Shown piece by piece: positions 52,201 through 62,948 of a DNA stretch of 64,000 nt. The notes beneath the pieces were generated by a model. That model was not told the origin of the DNA. It searched no databases and saw nothing but the letters and a program-made list of their open reading frames with translations. The stretch is from assembly GCA_002633005.1 (NCBI GenBank), contig NMRA01000067.1:790440-854439 (forward strand). Reading direction: 5' to 3'. Source of the DNA: Phoronis australis. Taxonomy: Eukaryota; Animalia; Phoronida. Every line of letters begins with the position of its first letter. Positions within the stretch are counted from its first letter, which is position 1. The position numbers and the translations under genes are program-made.

Positions 52201-53437
52201 TTAAATGCCTTTTAGTTTAAACTGTACAGGAACGCCTTGAAATTTGCTTCTTACAATATGTTGAGAGTATCGCTCTCAGCTTACTACTGCCTTAAATTGC
52301 CAAATGTAATAAACTGTAAAGGTGTATTGGCTTGCTTTTGTCTTGGTCAACAGGAGAATCACCTTTTAACAGCTGGGAATAACACCTGCACACTATTATG
52401 TTCTATTCAGACCTCTATTCAATACAACTGGTATAGTCCTTTTGTTGTTTGTTTTGGGATTTTGCAGTGACCAAGTATGGCATAAAAAGACAGCTTCACC
52501 TGTCATTTGATGGGCCTATATTTGCTTTATCAAACTCGCATTTTCTTATTTTTCGAAGGCTATGCTAGGACTATCTGGTTAGTCCAATACATCTAAAATT
52601 ACAAAATTCCATTGAAGTTATGCTTTAAGCAGATCTTATCATTGGCTAATATAACAGTTTCAGAACACTTTAAATAATTAAAAAACAATGCAACCAGAGA
52701 GCAAATGTGTATTGAGACTGTTAACTCATTGAGGATAAACAAAAAAATGTCATACTGTTTTGCTTAAAAATTCCATTAAACGTTCCATGTAGAAAACTGT
52801 GATGTGTGTGTGACCAGAGTATGTACAGGTGGTTAATTTCTATGATTGTTATAATTTTATTTCAGCCACAATCCAGGAACTACCCATTGACTGTGAAACA
52901 AAAATTAAAGCTCTTGAGCTCAAGTTTACAGACTATTATAGACAATTCCGTTTTCTTGAGACAACAAGTTACAACGGGTCTGCCATTTGGATTATCAAGG
53001 ATGTCGGAAAGCAAATCCAAGATGCATTGGAAGGTAGAGCTTTGTCGCTTTATAGCCAACCTTTCCACACCAGTTACTATGGTTACAAGATGTGTGGCCG
53101 CATCTACTTGGGGGGTGATGGGATTGGTAAAGGCTCACACGTTTCTTTGTACTTTGTATTAATGCAGGGAGAGTATGATGCTCTCTTACAGTGGCCGTTC
53201 AGACAGAGGGTGACATTATCTATTCTAGATCAAGTTGATGGACTGTACCACTTGGTCGACAGTTTCACTCCTGATTCTGAGAGCTCTAGTAGCCAGAGAC
53301 CTTCAGGTTTACATAATGTGGCCATAGGATGCCCCCAGTTTTGTCCGTTGCCTAGGATGCGGCAGCGTCCATATATTGTTGATGATAAGATGTACATTAA
53401 GATATCTGTGGACACCACTGGTCTGTACGATCCATAG
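37017..53437 (+). CDS. TRAF3: TNF receptor-associated factor, TRAF2/3-like (closest to TRAF3). Join 37017-37247, 39192-39296, 42817-42966, 44224-44298, 45654-45773, 47714-47827, 51649-51823, 52866-53437; about 513 aa
   Basis: All introns are GT-AG and phases match (six phase-0 introns, last phase 1). Domains run RING, TRAF zinc fingers, coiled coil, MATH. The MATH segment LSLYSQPFHTSYYGYKMCGRIYLGGDGIGKGSHVSLYFVLMQGEYDALLQWPF...GCP...VDTTGLYDP closely resembles TRAF3. Orthology versus lineage-specific paralog is not resolved, and an extra exon cannot be excluded. Confidence 0.88.
37427..38485 (+). mobile_element. Kolobok non-autonomous DNA transposon with a THAP remnant, in TRAF intron 1
   Basis: TIRs of about 155 bp starting AGGCGAAGGCAACC; TTAA TSD (37423-37426, 38486-38489); ATG at 37692 gives MPHCCCVPGCTNY...GVPLHRRSWLVRV*...NYRVCGK. 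Confidence 0.9.
38490..38979. mobile_element. Harbinger-type MITE (family C), copy 1
   Basis: CTTTCATAC...TATGAAAGGACC termini; reverse complement of 40792-41291 along its length. Confidence 0.8.
39192..39296 (+). CDS. TRAF3: TRAF coding exon 2 (linker plus first zinc finger); not in the ORF track
   Basis: ttttag|VHKDTRARIEISKLLVYCRYRKFGCQVTPSWKDLQ|gtaggt; 105 nt; matches the TRAF post-RING motif (..D...REI..L.V.C.....GC). Confidence 0.88.
39359..39704. mobile_element. Harbinger-type MITE
   Basis: Imperfect TIRs of about 40 bp (GGCC..GGTGAAATCTGTGTTATCAAAACAGAGCTCA / TGAGTTCAGTTTTGAGTACAAAGATTACACC..GGCC); CTG on both flanks. Confidence 0.7.
40792..41291. mobile_element. Harbinger-type MITE (family C), copy 2, inverted
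   Basis: For example cttcgatgacgacagcgtcacctac (41156-41180) is the reverse complement of 38594-38618; ends TATGAAAGGGCC. Confidence 0.8.
42817..42966 (+). CDS. TRAF3: TRAF coding exon 3 (zinc finger)
   Basis: tttcag|EHLHRCKFKPVPCFYKSYGCSTELPQDEIKDHEKSCCFSKQHANLVDYEQ|gtaaag; 150 nt. Confidence 0.88.
44224..44298 (+). CDS. TRAF3: TRAF coding exon 4 (start of last zinc finger)
   Basis: ttgtag|SGACSHRSTGEPSPCVFHPYGCEDV|gtaagt; 75 nt; contains the C-x-F-x3-GC motif. Confidence 0.8.
45654..45773 (+). CDS. TRAF3: TRAF coding exon 5 (end of zinc finger, start of coiled coil)
   Basis: tttag|VDRENLEQHYTDAIYNHCCLIVKKLSSYNGIVEDITKQAD|gtacgt; 120 nt; the R..L..H......H pattern completes the finger. 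Confidence 0.8.
46453..46534. repeat. 41-bp tandem duplication
   Basis: agccaaaagcattctaatgaatatcattt(t/a)actggaatggg twice. Confidence 0.9.
47714..47827 (+). CDS. TRAF3: TRAF coding exon 6 (coiled coil)
   Basis: ttttgcag|EQKDIVTSLKRLFDRCFTDSGRVLAIAGDTTKKLCNLE|gtgagc; 114 nt with strong splice sites. Confidence 0.7.
48041..48746 (-). mobile_element. LTR-like element antisense in TRAF intron 6
   Basis: TGTTA.. left end; candidate right ends ..TAACA (48700) or ..TGACA (48746); minus-strand TATAAATA (48407-48414) and AATAAA (about 48106-48111) in LTR order; no clean TSD found. Confidence 0.65.
48407..48625 (-). promoter_or_regulatory. Heat-shock element cluster plus TATA box
   Basis: ATTCT-AGAAC-TTTCC-TGAAT (48456-48475; four perfect alternating nGAAn units); CTTCT-AGAAA-GTTCC (48549-48563); partial arrays near 48427, 48504 and 48611. 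Confidence 0.75.
49456..49935 (+). mobile_element. Possible 5' remnant of a hAT-like transposon
   Basis: CAAGGCTTGGAATTTTCCGCGG start in a CpG-rich block; broken peptide KNAW...CVRK..G..LC...NYGVRG...NHLKTMKH resembling an N-terminal transposase zinc finger. Confidence 0.45.
51649..51823 (+). CDS. TRAF3: TRAF coding exon 7 (coiled coil)
   Basis: ttacag|RLIKRLAESLDKQSG...AEVLVLQESVKEAELQLLRLEGDSQI(g)|gtaatt; ends in phase 1, matching the last exon. Confidence 0.75.
52866..53437 (+). CDS. TRAF3: TRAF last coding exon (TRAF-C/MATH domain)
   Basis: tttcag acceptor; LETTSYNGSAIWII...WPFRQRVTLSILDQ...DDKMYIKISVDTTGLYDP, stop TAG at 53435-53437. Confidence 0.95.
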
Positions 53438-53693
53438 CCATCTTTTCTTTTTTGTGTTTGCTTTCACTTTTAATATTAATTAGTACACCTGCAGATGTGC
53501 ATACATCAACAGTTGGTGGTCTGCAGTTAGTCACTGACACACAGCCACAAGAACTCACCTGAACATCAGAGTATCAACCTATGACTGATTCTTCGAGTCT
53601 GTTGACGGCCTTTGCTGAAATGACACCAAAGCGATCAGCAACTTATGTTGCCTTGGTCTTCAATGCTGTTTTAATGCAGTAGCAGACACAACC

Positions 53694-53850
53694 TGTCTGT
53701 AGTTGTCATCAGTTCAAGGGATGTCTGGCTCACAACTGTAAGGATCGCTGCTGTGGCCATCTTAAGACATTTTGTCTGTAGTTGTCACCACTTCAAGAGA
53801 GGTATGGTGTACAACTGTATGGGTCACTGATGTGGCCCTCCTTAAAAACG
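53694..53850. repeat. Diverged tandem duplication (about 79-bp unit) downstream of the TRAF stop
   Basis: tgtctgtagttgtca..ttcaag..acaactgta..tgtggcc..cttaa twice. Confidence 0.75.
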
Positions 53851-55639
53851 CTTCATCTGCTTGACTTCCTTATTTGATGGTTCGTCAACATGTTTGTACT
53901 GTTTGAACGATAAACTCTCTTACGTCCTTCAAGCAGGTTAACACGGAAGCCCTGGTTTTCAACCCTTCACTTAATGATGTGAACACGTTGCGGGTGATTG
54001 GATCCTTGGTGTGCTGCAAATGGCACAGGCTAAGCCTGCTGCTCAAGACATTTTGGCGAGACTAGTAGCACGGAGCATCTGCGAATGAGATTTTTGAGTC
54101 GCTACGTTTCTTTGAAGAGAATGGCCTGACCTTTTCAATTGCTTGCACATGCTATGTCTTAATTGTTGCCTTCTGCTGTTTTTACATATTTTAGGAGCAT
54201 TCAACAAAGTTCTCCATCTAGTAGTGAGCACATTGAGATAAACTATAATGCTGCACGGTGGTAGATTTTGAACACTTTGCATTGTACTTGAACATGGAAG
54301 AGGCAGTAATAATTGGAGTAACAGGAGACGCTGACAAAAGGTGTCGCTGGTCAAGAGTTAAACCTTTCCAATGTGGTCATCGAGTCGGATGCTTTATCCA
54401 CAACTTCATTGCATTAAGGATGCAATGGCCGCCATCTCTAATTCAGTTGTAGCTTCAATGTGCTGTATTCATTGTTCTGTTTCTGTGAAAATGCTCAAGT
54501 CAAAGCAAACACTGACTGTGGAGCACTACCATGACAACCATGAATGCGACACTCATCACGGGCTTTTTACTGTTCTCAGTGGTTTTTTCTGTTCTGCCAA
54601 ATTTTCAGGATCGTAGTTGGGGCTGTGTTGGTGTAATAGCTGGTCTCAATATACTGTACATTCTGTAAATTTTTGTAAATACTATTTATTTTATATTTGT
54701 GTTGGGTTTTTGATTTAAAAAATGCTATTACGTGACGAATTTTGAAAAGTCACGGACTCACATAGTCTCTTTTGTTACTCCTTCATTCAGATTTTACAGT
54801 TTCTATTGGCATGGAAAAATAGAACCTGAGTGCTCTTAAGCCTTCTATTCAGAAATGATCTGATAAGAAACAGTGACATTATCAAAATGTTGTTTTCATG
54901 CTGCACTCGAGCGTTGTTTTTGTTTCCACTTCTCACTTCTAATTTGGCTACAAATTATTTATCAACTGCTTCATAATTATACAAATACTTGAACCAAACT
55001 TCTCTTATTGTCACCATATTTCAGATTTACCTTAGGTTTCTTTTTTCATAAGGTATGTGGCTTTGTGGTGAACAACCTCTCCCATAAGGTTTATTATAAC
55101 GTTATTCCCTTTCCAGTGTCTAGCAAATTCAAATTTTGCCCAGTGTCTGATGCTGTAGCTCCAAAATTTCTGTTCACCATGCAGGGATGGCACAAGCAAA
55201 TTTTCAGATGGATTAGTGAAATACCGAAGTGCCTCTTAGTGACGATTTCAGTGTTTTTACGTTTAGGCTCTATACCTAGAGTTCTGTGACAGATTTTCAC
55301 GAAATTTGACAAATTAAAATGTTTTTATCATGAAAGTGACAGATTATTGCTATGTTAGCTGCTCCCCCTAGTGACAACTTTTATTAGTTTTGTGTCTGTT
55401 TTTTGTGCCTGCTTCTCTGTCATGAAATTCTACAGATGGGCTCCTTTTGAGATGAGCAAACCTCAGTGCCTTAAAATTTTAGACATGTCGTACTACTTTG
55501 TCCCCCTAGTGACAATTTAGCTTTTCTTTGGAAGTAAAATGATTATTTTACATTTTTGTGGAACAGGTGAACAGCAAAACAGTTGCACAAGTGCTAGTGA
55601 CTGATATAAAATGAGAAATTAACATGGACAAAAGTGGTA

Positions 55640-56700
55640 GAAAGTATTACAAAACATACATGACTTGTCAAGCATCATAAGACAGTATCTGACTGCGCGT
55701 AGGCAAAATTGGCATTCACAAGCTTGGCGTATATGGCAACAACTCATTTATAAAAGTATTGAGATCTTGACAACTTCTTATACATTCAGGTAATTTGTTC
55801 CAAAAAGATGCCCCCTGGTGGTGAATAGAATTAAGCCCATACAAATGTAGTGGCCAACCTTACAACACATAGAGTGTTTTCGCCCTACCTCATAGGGCAG
55901 ACATCTGAGAGTGAAACACTGGAGAGGGCAAGGGCCTATCTGATTCATATTCTTGAAAACGGTCACCCCATGACATTGTAGCCATTTGAACAAAAAGCGG
56001 AGTGGAGTTTGATTTAGACTGTAAGATGGAATATGATGACTGGTGGTCATTGAAAAAAAATTAAAGCCCGATATTCGATCTATCCATTTTTCAGGCTTTC
56101 TGAACATTACATAAGTACTGCCAAACAAGAGGACAATAGTTAAAATATGACTGAATAAATAAATAATAAATCTTCAACTTAGTGTCTGTGTCCAATAAAT
56201 GACGCAGACGGAACAAGGTAGACACATATTTTGCTGCTTTGGCACAGAGGTCGTCCACATGTTCATGGAAGTTACAGTCAGTTTGCACACCCAACAGTTA
56301 AACAGAATTTTCACACTATAATATTCGTGCCAACATAAAGAAATTTTTCGGAATTGTTGAGTGTGTCTACTAAGAGTGACGGCTTTGAATTTTTCAGTAT
56401 TTGCAAACATGATTATTGTCAAACCATCTCATATCCTCATTAGCAGCGTTTTTCAGAACAAGTCTGACTTTATCCATAGAGTCGTCACAGTGTACAAAAT
56501 TAGTGTTTTGTCATCTCTGTAATTGTAAAGCTTGGCTTGCCTTCGAGTATATAGAAAATATCATTTATGAAAACATTGAATAACAGAGGACCTAGGATAG
56601 AACCTTGGGACACACCTTTAGAGACAGGGTGCCAATTGCTATAATCATTTTCAATTTTAACTCTGTGTATGTCACTACATGTACCAAGTGGATTTTCACG
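55640..56700 (-). mobile_element. 5'-truncated, decayed CR1/L2-type LINE
   Basis: [23 protein letters not shown]; EHVDDLCAKA...KLKIYYLFIQSYFNYCPLVW. Confidence 0.88.
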
Positions 56701-57480
56701 AAATGTGGAAAATGCATATCGCAAATGTTTTTAGTCCGAGTTCAAGGGGGCGATATACATTTCCACGCCAGCTTACGAACTATATTTAATTATTATACAC
56801 TCAGGAGTTCAAGGGCAAGATGCCCACTACTTAGTCTGAATGGATGTCTGTATTCAAGTCAGTGGCAGATCTACGTTTTCAGTAAGGGAGGGGGGNNNNN
56901 NNNNNNNNNNNNNNNNNNNNNNNNNNNNNNNNNNNNNNNNNNNNNNNNNNNNNNNNNNNNNNNNNNNNNNNNNNNNNNNNNNNNNNNNNNNNNNNNNNNN
57001 NNNNNNNNNNNNNNNNNNNNNNNNNNNNNNNNNNNNNNNNNNNNNNNNNNNNNNNNNNNNNNNNNNNNNNNNNNNNNNNNNNNNNNNNNNNNNNNNNNNN
57101 NNNNNNNNNNNNNNNNNNNNNNNNNNNNNNNNNNNNNNNNNNNNNNNNNNNNNNNNNNNNNNNNNNNNNNNNNNNNNNNNNNNNNNNNNNNNNNNNNNNN
57201 NNNNNNNNNNNNNNNNNNNNNNNNNNNNNNNNNNNNNNNNNNNNNNNNNNNNNNNNNNNNNNNNNNNNNNNNNNNNNNNNNNNNNNNNNNNNNNNNNNNN
57301 NNNNNNNNNNNNNNNNNNNNNNNNNNNNNNNNNNNNNNNNNNNNNNNNNNNNNNNNNNNNNNNNNNNNNNNNNNNNNNNNNNNNNNNNNNNNNNNNNNNN
57401 NNNNNNNNNNNNNNNNNNNNNNNNNNNNNNNNNNNNNNNNNNNCCCACTACTTAGTCTGAATGGATGTCTGTATTCAACT

Positions 57481-57722
57481 CAGTGGCAGATCTACGTTTT
57501 CAGTAAGGGGGGGGGGGGTGGGTTAGGAATGGAGCGAATCCGAGGCGCGTAGCGCCGACCAAAAGGAAGGTCGGGAGGGAGTTTCCCCCCTCCCATATAA
57601 GATTTTTTGTGGTTTTTAGTAGCTGATTTCGTTTTTCTGGTGAATTTTTTTCAATTTTTATTTTTGATCCTGTCCCGAGGGGGGGTTTGAACCCCATGAA
57701 TCCCCCTGTAGATCCGCCTCTG
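57481..57722. mobile_element. hAT-type G-rich MITE, complete
   Basis: TIR CAGTGGCAGATCTAC / GTAGATCCGCCTCTG. Only CAACT is repeated on the flanks, so no clean 8-bp TSD. Confidence 0.7.
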
Positions 57723-57727
57723 CAACT

Positions 57728-57893
57728 GGTAGTCGCGACGGCAGACTAGAGCGTCTGCACACTAGCAGAAGGTCCCGGGTTTGGGTCTCAGTTGCGGCAG
57801 AAATCTTTTCAGACTTGCATTCATGGGGTTACGTGATGTGACCACAGGTGGTGTGCTGACCGTGACCAGACTTAAAATGTTTGCGAAATTTTT
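57728..57893 (+). mobile_element. tRNA-derived SINE, copy 1
   Basis: Degenerate A box and B box (GGGTTTGGGTCTC) followed by a body shared with 59105-59293. Confidence 0.7.
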
Positions 57894-59104
57894 ACGTTAA
57901 AATAATCGTCTAATAACAAATGTCTGAGAGAGAAAGTAATTCGTGGGCTCAAAGCAGACATTTTTTGTATCGTTGAAAGCCATTTGGCTGTAACCCATAG
58001 TATTTTTGTAGATGGTTTAGTATGGCCATAATAGAAACACTGCATGGCGTGCTATTAGACTGTCTTTGGGATAGGAGTATTAGTTAAGTCAACTTTAGTA
58101 CAGAAATAAATGGTTAAGGTTGTTCATAAATCTCGTGATAGTTTAGTAAATTTGATTTCTGATTTCAAGTTTGTTATATTTGTCTGTTATTTACCTCCAG
58201 AAAATTCCCCTTGGGGATGTAACCTGTGCACTTGGTAGGCGCGGAAAGTTGAGCTTTTGAGAATGTGGAATCGTGTTATAGATTTCGAGGAAGATAGACA
58301 TGGAATATTTTAGTGGGACTACTCAACCTGTACTAATAATTGGACTTCTGAAGTTTTGAACATATTTGAAGAATAAGTGATTTCGGACTGTTTTCATAAC
58401 TTCAGTAAATCTCTCTCACTGTAAGAATATGTTGCATGATTTGACTTGTAATAAGTGGCTGTTTGAATGCCATTCGAAACCAATGTTTTGATGATGAATG
58501 TTTTTCATACTGAGCCTTACGTGCCGTTCGACTAACTCGGCCTAGTTGGTCAATTCTTGCTCAAATTAGAACCGGAACCCTGCATGATTGAGGTTTGCCG
58601 GGCGTTTTCGTTCTGCAGAATTTGATGATAGAATTTGCTGCCGAAGTACATTTTCTGATTGAGAGTGTTTTCTTAGATGCCACTACACACCTTTTACACT
58701 CAAGTTGAGATTAAATATCCACAATTTCGTGCAGAAAGCTGTGAATGTAAATTAATCACAATTATGCAAAGACGTTATCAGGAAAACTGCATTCTTCATA
58801 GGTAATATTTTTGAGGTAGGAAAAATTTCATTTATTAATGATCACTCTTAGCACTGTGCTCTGTTTTTGGTCCTCTTACAATATGTCTACACTTGTTTGT
58901 TTTTCGTTTTTTTCATGTATGTAATGTTACTTATAAGCCACAAGGTTCGCTGCGTGTTCCTGTTTTATTAGGTATTTACTCTTTTAATCCATCTGTACGA
59001 ACACATGTCACTAAAAAATTTCATACTTAGTTTCAGCCATTGAAAATTAAACAATTTTGGTAATTATCGTTATACGAAATGGATGAAGAATTTAACTGTG
59101 AATA

Positions 59105-59293
59105 CAATTTTCCAAACATTTTAAAGTCTGCTCAGCACACCCCCTGTGGTCACATTACGTAGCCTAATTAATGTAAGTCTGAAAACTCCAGTGTGCCCCA
59201 ACTGGGACTCAAACCCGTAATGTAAATATATATATATACCCGGTACTCCATTAAATGTTATTTTATGAGGTCTGCACACTACAAACTGAGCTA
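59105..59293 (-). mobile_element. tRNA-derived SINE, copy 2 (inverted)
   Basis: Minus strand TAGCTCAGTTTGTAG (A box) and GGGTTTGAGTCCC (B box); body ttttcagactt..acgt.atgtgaccacagg.ggtgtgctga..cagactt.aaaatgtttg. Confidence 0.75.
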
Positions 59294-60939
59294 ACAACAA
59301 ACTACTTTGTTTCAGTATTAATTTTGGTTCTGCAATTTGACAAAATAGTTCACTTGTCAGTTGTCACTACATTGTGTGCTAAATACGAATTACAATTAAT
59401 GTAGTGTATCACTAGAACTGTTGCTGTCGTGGTTTCGACAAGAGTCTGATGTATTTAAATAATCTATGTTAGTGTCTTGCTGCGTGTGTTACATCAATTT
59501 CAATCATTTCATCCAACTTGCCTTTGCCTAAATGTTTGTATTTGTGAGGGCAAAATAAAGATGTACGTACGTAGGTATGTATGTATGTATGTATGTAGTA
59601 TTGTGTGCCTGTGTTACCAAGGGCCATTTGACGATATTGGTTTTGGGCAAAAAAATTTGAAGAAAACTTAGCACAATTGTTGTTAACATTTTGTATTAAC
59701 TTAAATACAGGAGTCCAACGTTTTGATAGAGGGTCATTTGTTAATAGATAAAGAATACAACTTATTTTCACTTGGGTTGTAACGTGACGAAAACATTGCG
59801 GGCCAAAGGTCCAATCTGTTTACTCGAAATCATTCTAGGCATTTTCTGTTCTTTTTTGTGCGAACTCATGATACGTGTCTGTGGCTGGAGTTCATAATGG
59901 GCCAACATGGATGACTCCAGGTGACGGTAATCCTTGTGTGCTCTTGATGACCCCAGCATTAAGGCTAAACGTTGGAGTCTAAACTTCAGTTTTTACTCGA
60001 AATCGGCTAATTTTTAGCTCGAATTTAGACGTCATCATGTGTGAAGTTGGACAAGAAAGTCATGCAGTAAACTCTAATGTACTTGAGCTTAGACTAATCG
60101 ACACTTCGCTTAGAAAGAGAATAGAAAATTCCAACAAAAATTTAGTTTGATTTCGAATAAAAAGATTAGACCCCACCCCTGGTCTGAGCTCCAAATCACT
60201 GATTAGTTTCAAAATCCTAAAATGTACTCTTGCCATATATTTCTAAAATAGGTGATTGAGATAAAGTCAATTTTCTGGTTTGGGAAAATATCTCATTTAC
60301 CGCCTATGACTAGGAATTGTAGTGTAATGCCTTCAATTGTATTTATAGGAAGAAATTCTTTCGATACATTCAAATTAAAAAAACATATTTATGTAAGTGT
60401 GCATGTGAAATATTTAATAGGTAGCCGTTTGTTTGATTTATTAACTTGTGTTACACTTGTTATCTGGTTATGAAATGTGCCTATTGTTAGTGCGTGTTCT
60501 GTATATGAATGTGTCAAATAGTTGTAATGTCCCATGGCTGTCATTTGTGTAAAATTGGAGGTTTCACCATGTATTATTACTGTACTGTGTTAACTGTATC
60601 TTACAAATAAATTGCAAAGTATCAAACATCGCTATTTAATAACAAGCTGATCAGTCATTTTTGCATCTAGCTGACATGACTGCACTTAAAACCTTATTGT
60701 GTACTGGGTGTTGTAAAGACGAAAAATGTTCAAGCTGATCGATAAAGATATATTTCTACAAACCTTGGACTTAGCATTATAATTGTGGTCGTAACTTGTT
60801 CTGTTTTCAGAATGATGTGGAGAGATTGGTGGAATAAGTTGGTTTGATCTTGCTGGTCGTTATTATGTGTCAAAATGGTGTCAACATGGCTAGCCATATA
60901 GGCCAGTTCCGAGACTGACCACTTTATGTAGTATTATGT

Positions 60940-61871
60940 GATTTATTGGCAATGAGTTGATAACAAAATGGTAATTAATATCGAAAAAACAAAATGTGAG
61001 TTTTGCCTCAAAGCAACGTCATGTTAGAAATGACCTAATCCGACTATTTTGGATGCTCAGCTCAAAAAGGTTGACGGTGAAAAGTTATTGGGTGCCACTG
61101 TTGACAAGACCCTTATCTGCTCTATTCATATTAGTGGGACTGTGTCCAAAATTAGACAGCGTCTAGGATGCAATGCAAATTTGGTTCGTGCCTATTGAAG
61201 GCTCAAAAGCAGTCGGCCAGACTGATTCTCAGTGTACTTATTTTTTGGCCAAAGTACGAGTACGAACTTTAAAATCAGCGTATTGCGTAAACAAAGACAT
61301 TGTACTAATCGATGTTTCGGCTTACTATGTCTAAACCATTTTCAAGACACTCGTTCTTCATAATACTCCTGTCATGTGACACATGAGAACGTCTGCACAG
61401 GTACACGTTAGTTCCTACCAGCTTATTTACTCGTTCAAAATCAGGACCAGATTCTCTTCCTCAAACAATTTTTTTTGTCCCCAGACACATAACTTTGTTA
61501 CACTCCAATTCAAGCCATTAACGATTTACCAAACAGCCTGAAGGGGGCGGGTGGTTATGATGACTTCAGGCACAAACTCATCACTTACTTGTGGATGTTG
61601 CCATCACAGCTGTCCCTCCCTTCGTGTCAGTCATTTGCCCTCTCTAGAATTCATCGTATATATATCACAAAGAACTTTTGATTTATTTTTAATCCAAGTT
61701 GTACACTTAATTTGTAAATAATCATTTAATTTAACTTAATTTAATTTATTTCTGGATGAGAACCATCCTTTACATTGGCTTTTGGCAAAAGCATTGTTTA
61801 AATTGTAATGTATTTTATCCTCTATAAATAAAGTTTATTATTATGATTATTATTATTATTGTTATTATTAT
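60940..61871 (+). mobile_element. Old CR1/L2-type LINE 3' remnant with an (ATT)n tail
   Basis: EKLLGATVDKTLICSIHISGTVSKIRQRLG at about 61078-61170; AATAAA near 61827 then (TTA)n to 61871. Confidence 0.6.
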
Positions 61872-62772
61872 GTTTTCACCACACAAGTCAACTTATTCTT
61901 ATTATTAGCATTTTATCTAGCAATAATGAGCTTACAACGGTGGCGGATCTAGGATACCATAAGGGTGAGGGCCCAACATGTTGTCTCGGAGGATTGGGCG
62001 AAAGTTGCACGAGTTGACGATGTGACTGGTGTTCCCAAAAACTATCTGAACCTCCCTCGTCCGCTGCCGTTCCTAGTTCGTGAACTACATATTTCCTCCG
62101 CTTCATGCTGTTTAATTCTGCTTATGTCCAGCCCCCTAAATCTGCCTATGTATAATTAATCTTTTTAGGAGAGGATGCAGACCATAACCATGGTCCTAAT
62201 CGTTGCGAGTTGAGCCTGACCTAAAGCAATAAGTGTCACTTATTTGGAACCTAAGTCAAATAATCTAGGATGAGGAACAATGAGCGAGTCGATATTCACC
62301 AGGTGGTGCTGATGACTAAAAGTCCTTTTTACTCTTTGAATAGATCAAAAGCAGAAGGTAAGTCATCTGCATGAGGGTATTCCTTCGTGTAATAAGTGAC
62401 CCACGTGATTTGCCTGAATGTGGACATTTCTATGGTAAGGTCACTTGCTTTACTAGTTGCGACACCTAGTGAATTTCAAGTTCCTAATTGAGACTAATTT
62501 TATAACAGTTAGCAGTCAAAATCAAAATTTGTGTTATTGTGATAGATAGCTGGTTTGAGCCACTTGAGTATAAAATTTGTGGTACTTAAATGAAATTTCC
62601 CAACAGACTCGGAATTTCACAATGCACTACCTATTATTTTGAAGTTGAAACTTAAAAGCATCCATAAAGTCAATTGTACTGACAAATTTATTGTGTGATC
62701 AATACCAAGTTAAGTGGTGCACAGTGTTGGTAAATACAGGGGAACAAAAGCATCAGAATGTGAGTACACAAA

Positions 62773-62948
62773 AATAAATTATAACATACAAAGTAGATAT
62801 ATAACTACCGTACAACAAAATACCTTATAAGGTGTGATGATCATTCTAGGTTAAACAATTAATAATAAATTATAACATACAAAGTAGATATATAACTACA
62901 ATAACATGCATTATAAGGTGTGATCATCATTCTAGGTTAAATAATTAA
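62773..62948. repeat. Tandem duplication (about 90-bp unit)
   Basis: aataaattataacatacaaagtagatatataactac...ttataaggtgtgat.atcattctaggttaaa twice. Confidence 0.9.

Noticed and set aside
53900-54500. Possible minus-strand LINE remnant (KICK..KQLKRSG)
   Set aside because: Too degenerate to support.
56823-57515. Direct repeat on both sides of an N gap, and long poly-X ORFs here and at 22.7, 37.9 and 8.5 kb
   Set aside because: Gap or overlap artefacts; the ORFs are open only because of Ns.
57728-57800. tRNA gene
   Set aside because: Degenerate boxes, no cloverleaf, and attached to a repeated body, so it is a SINE head.
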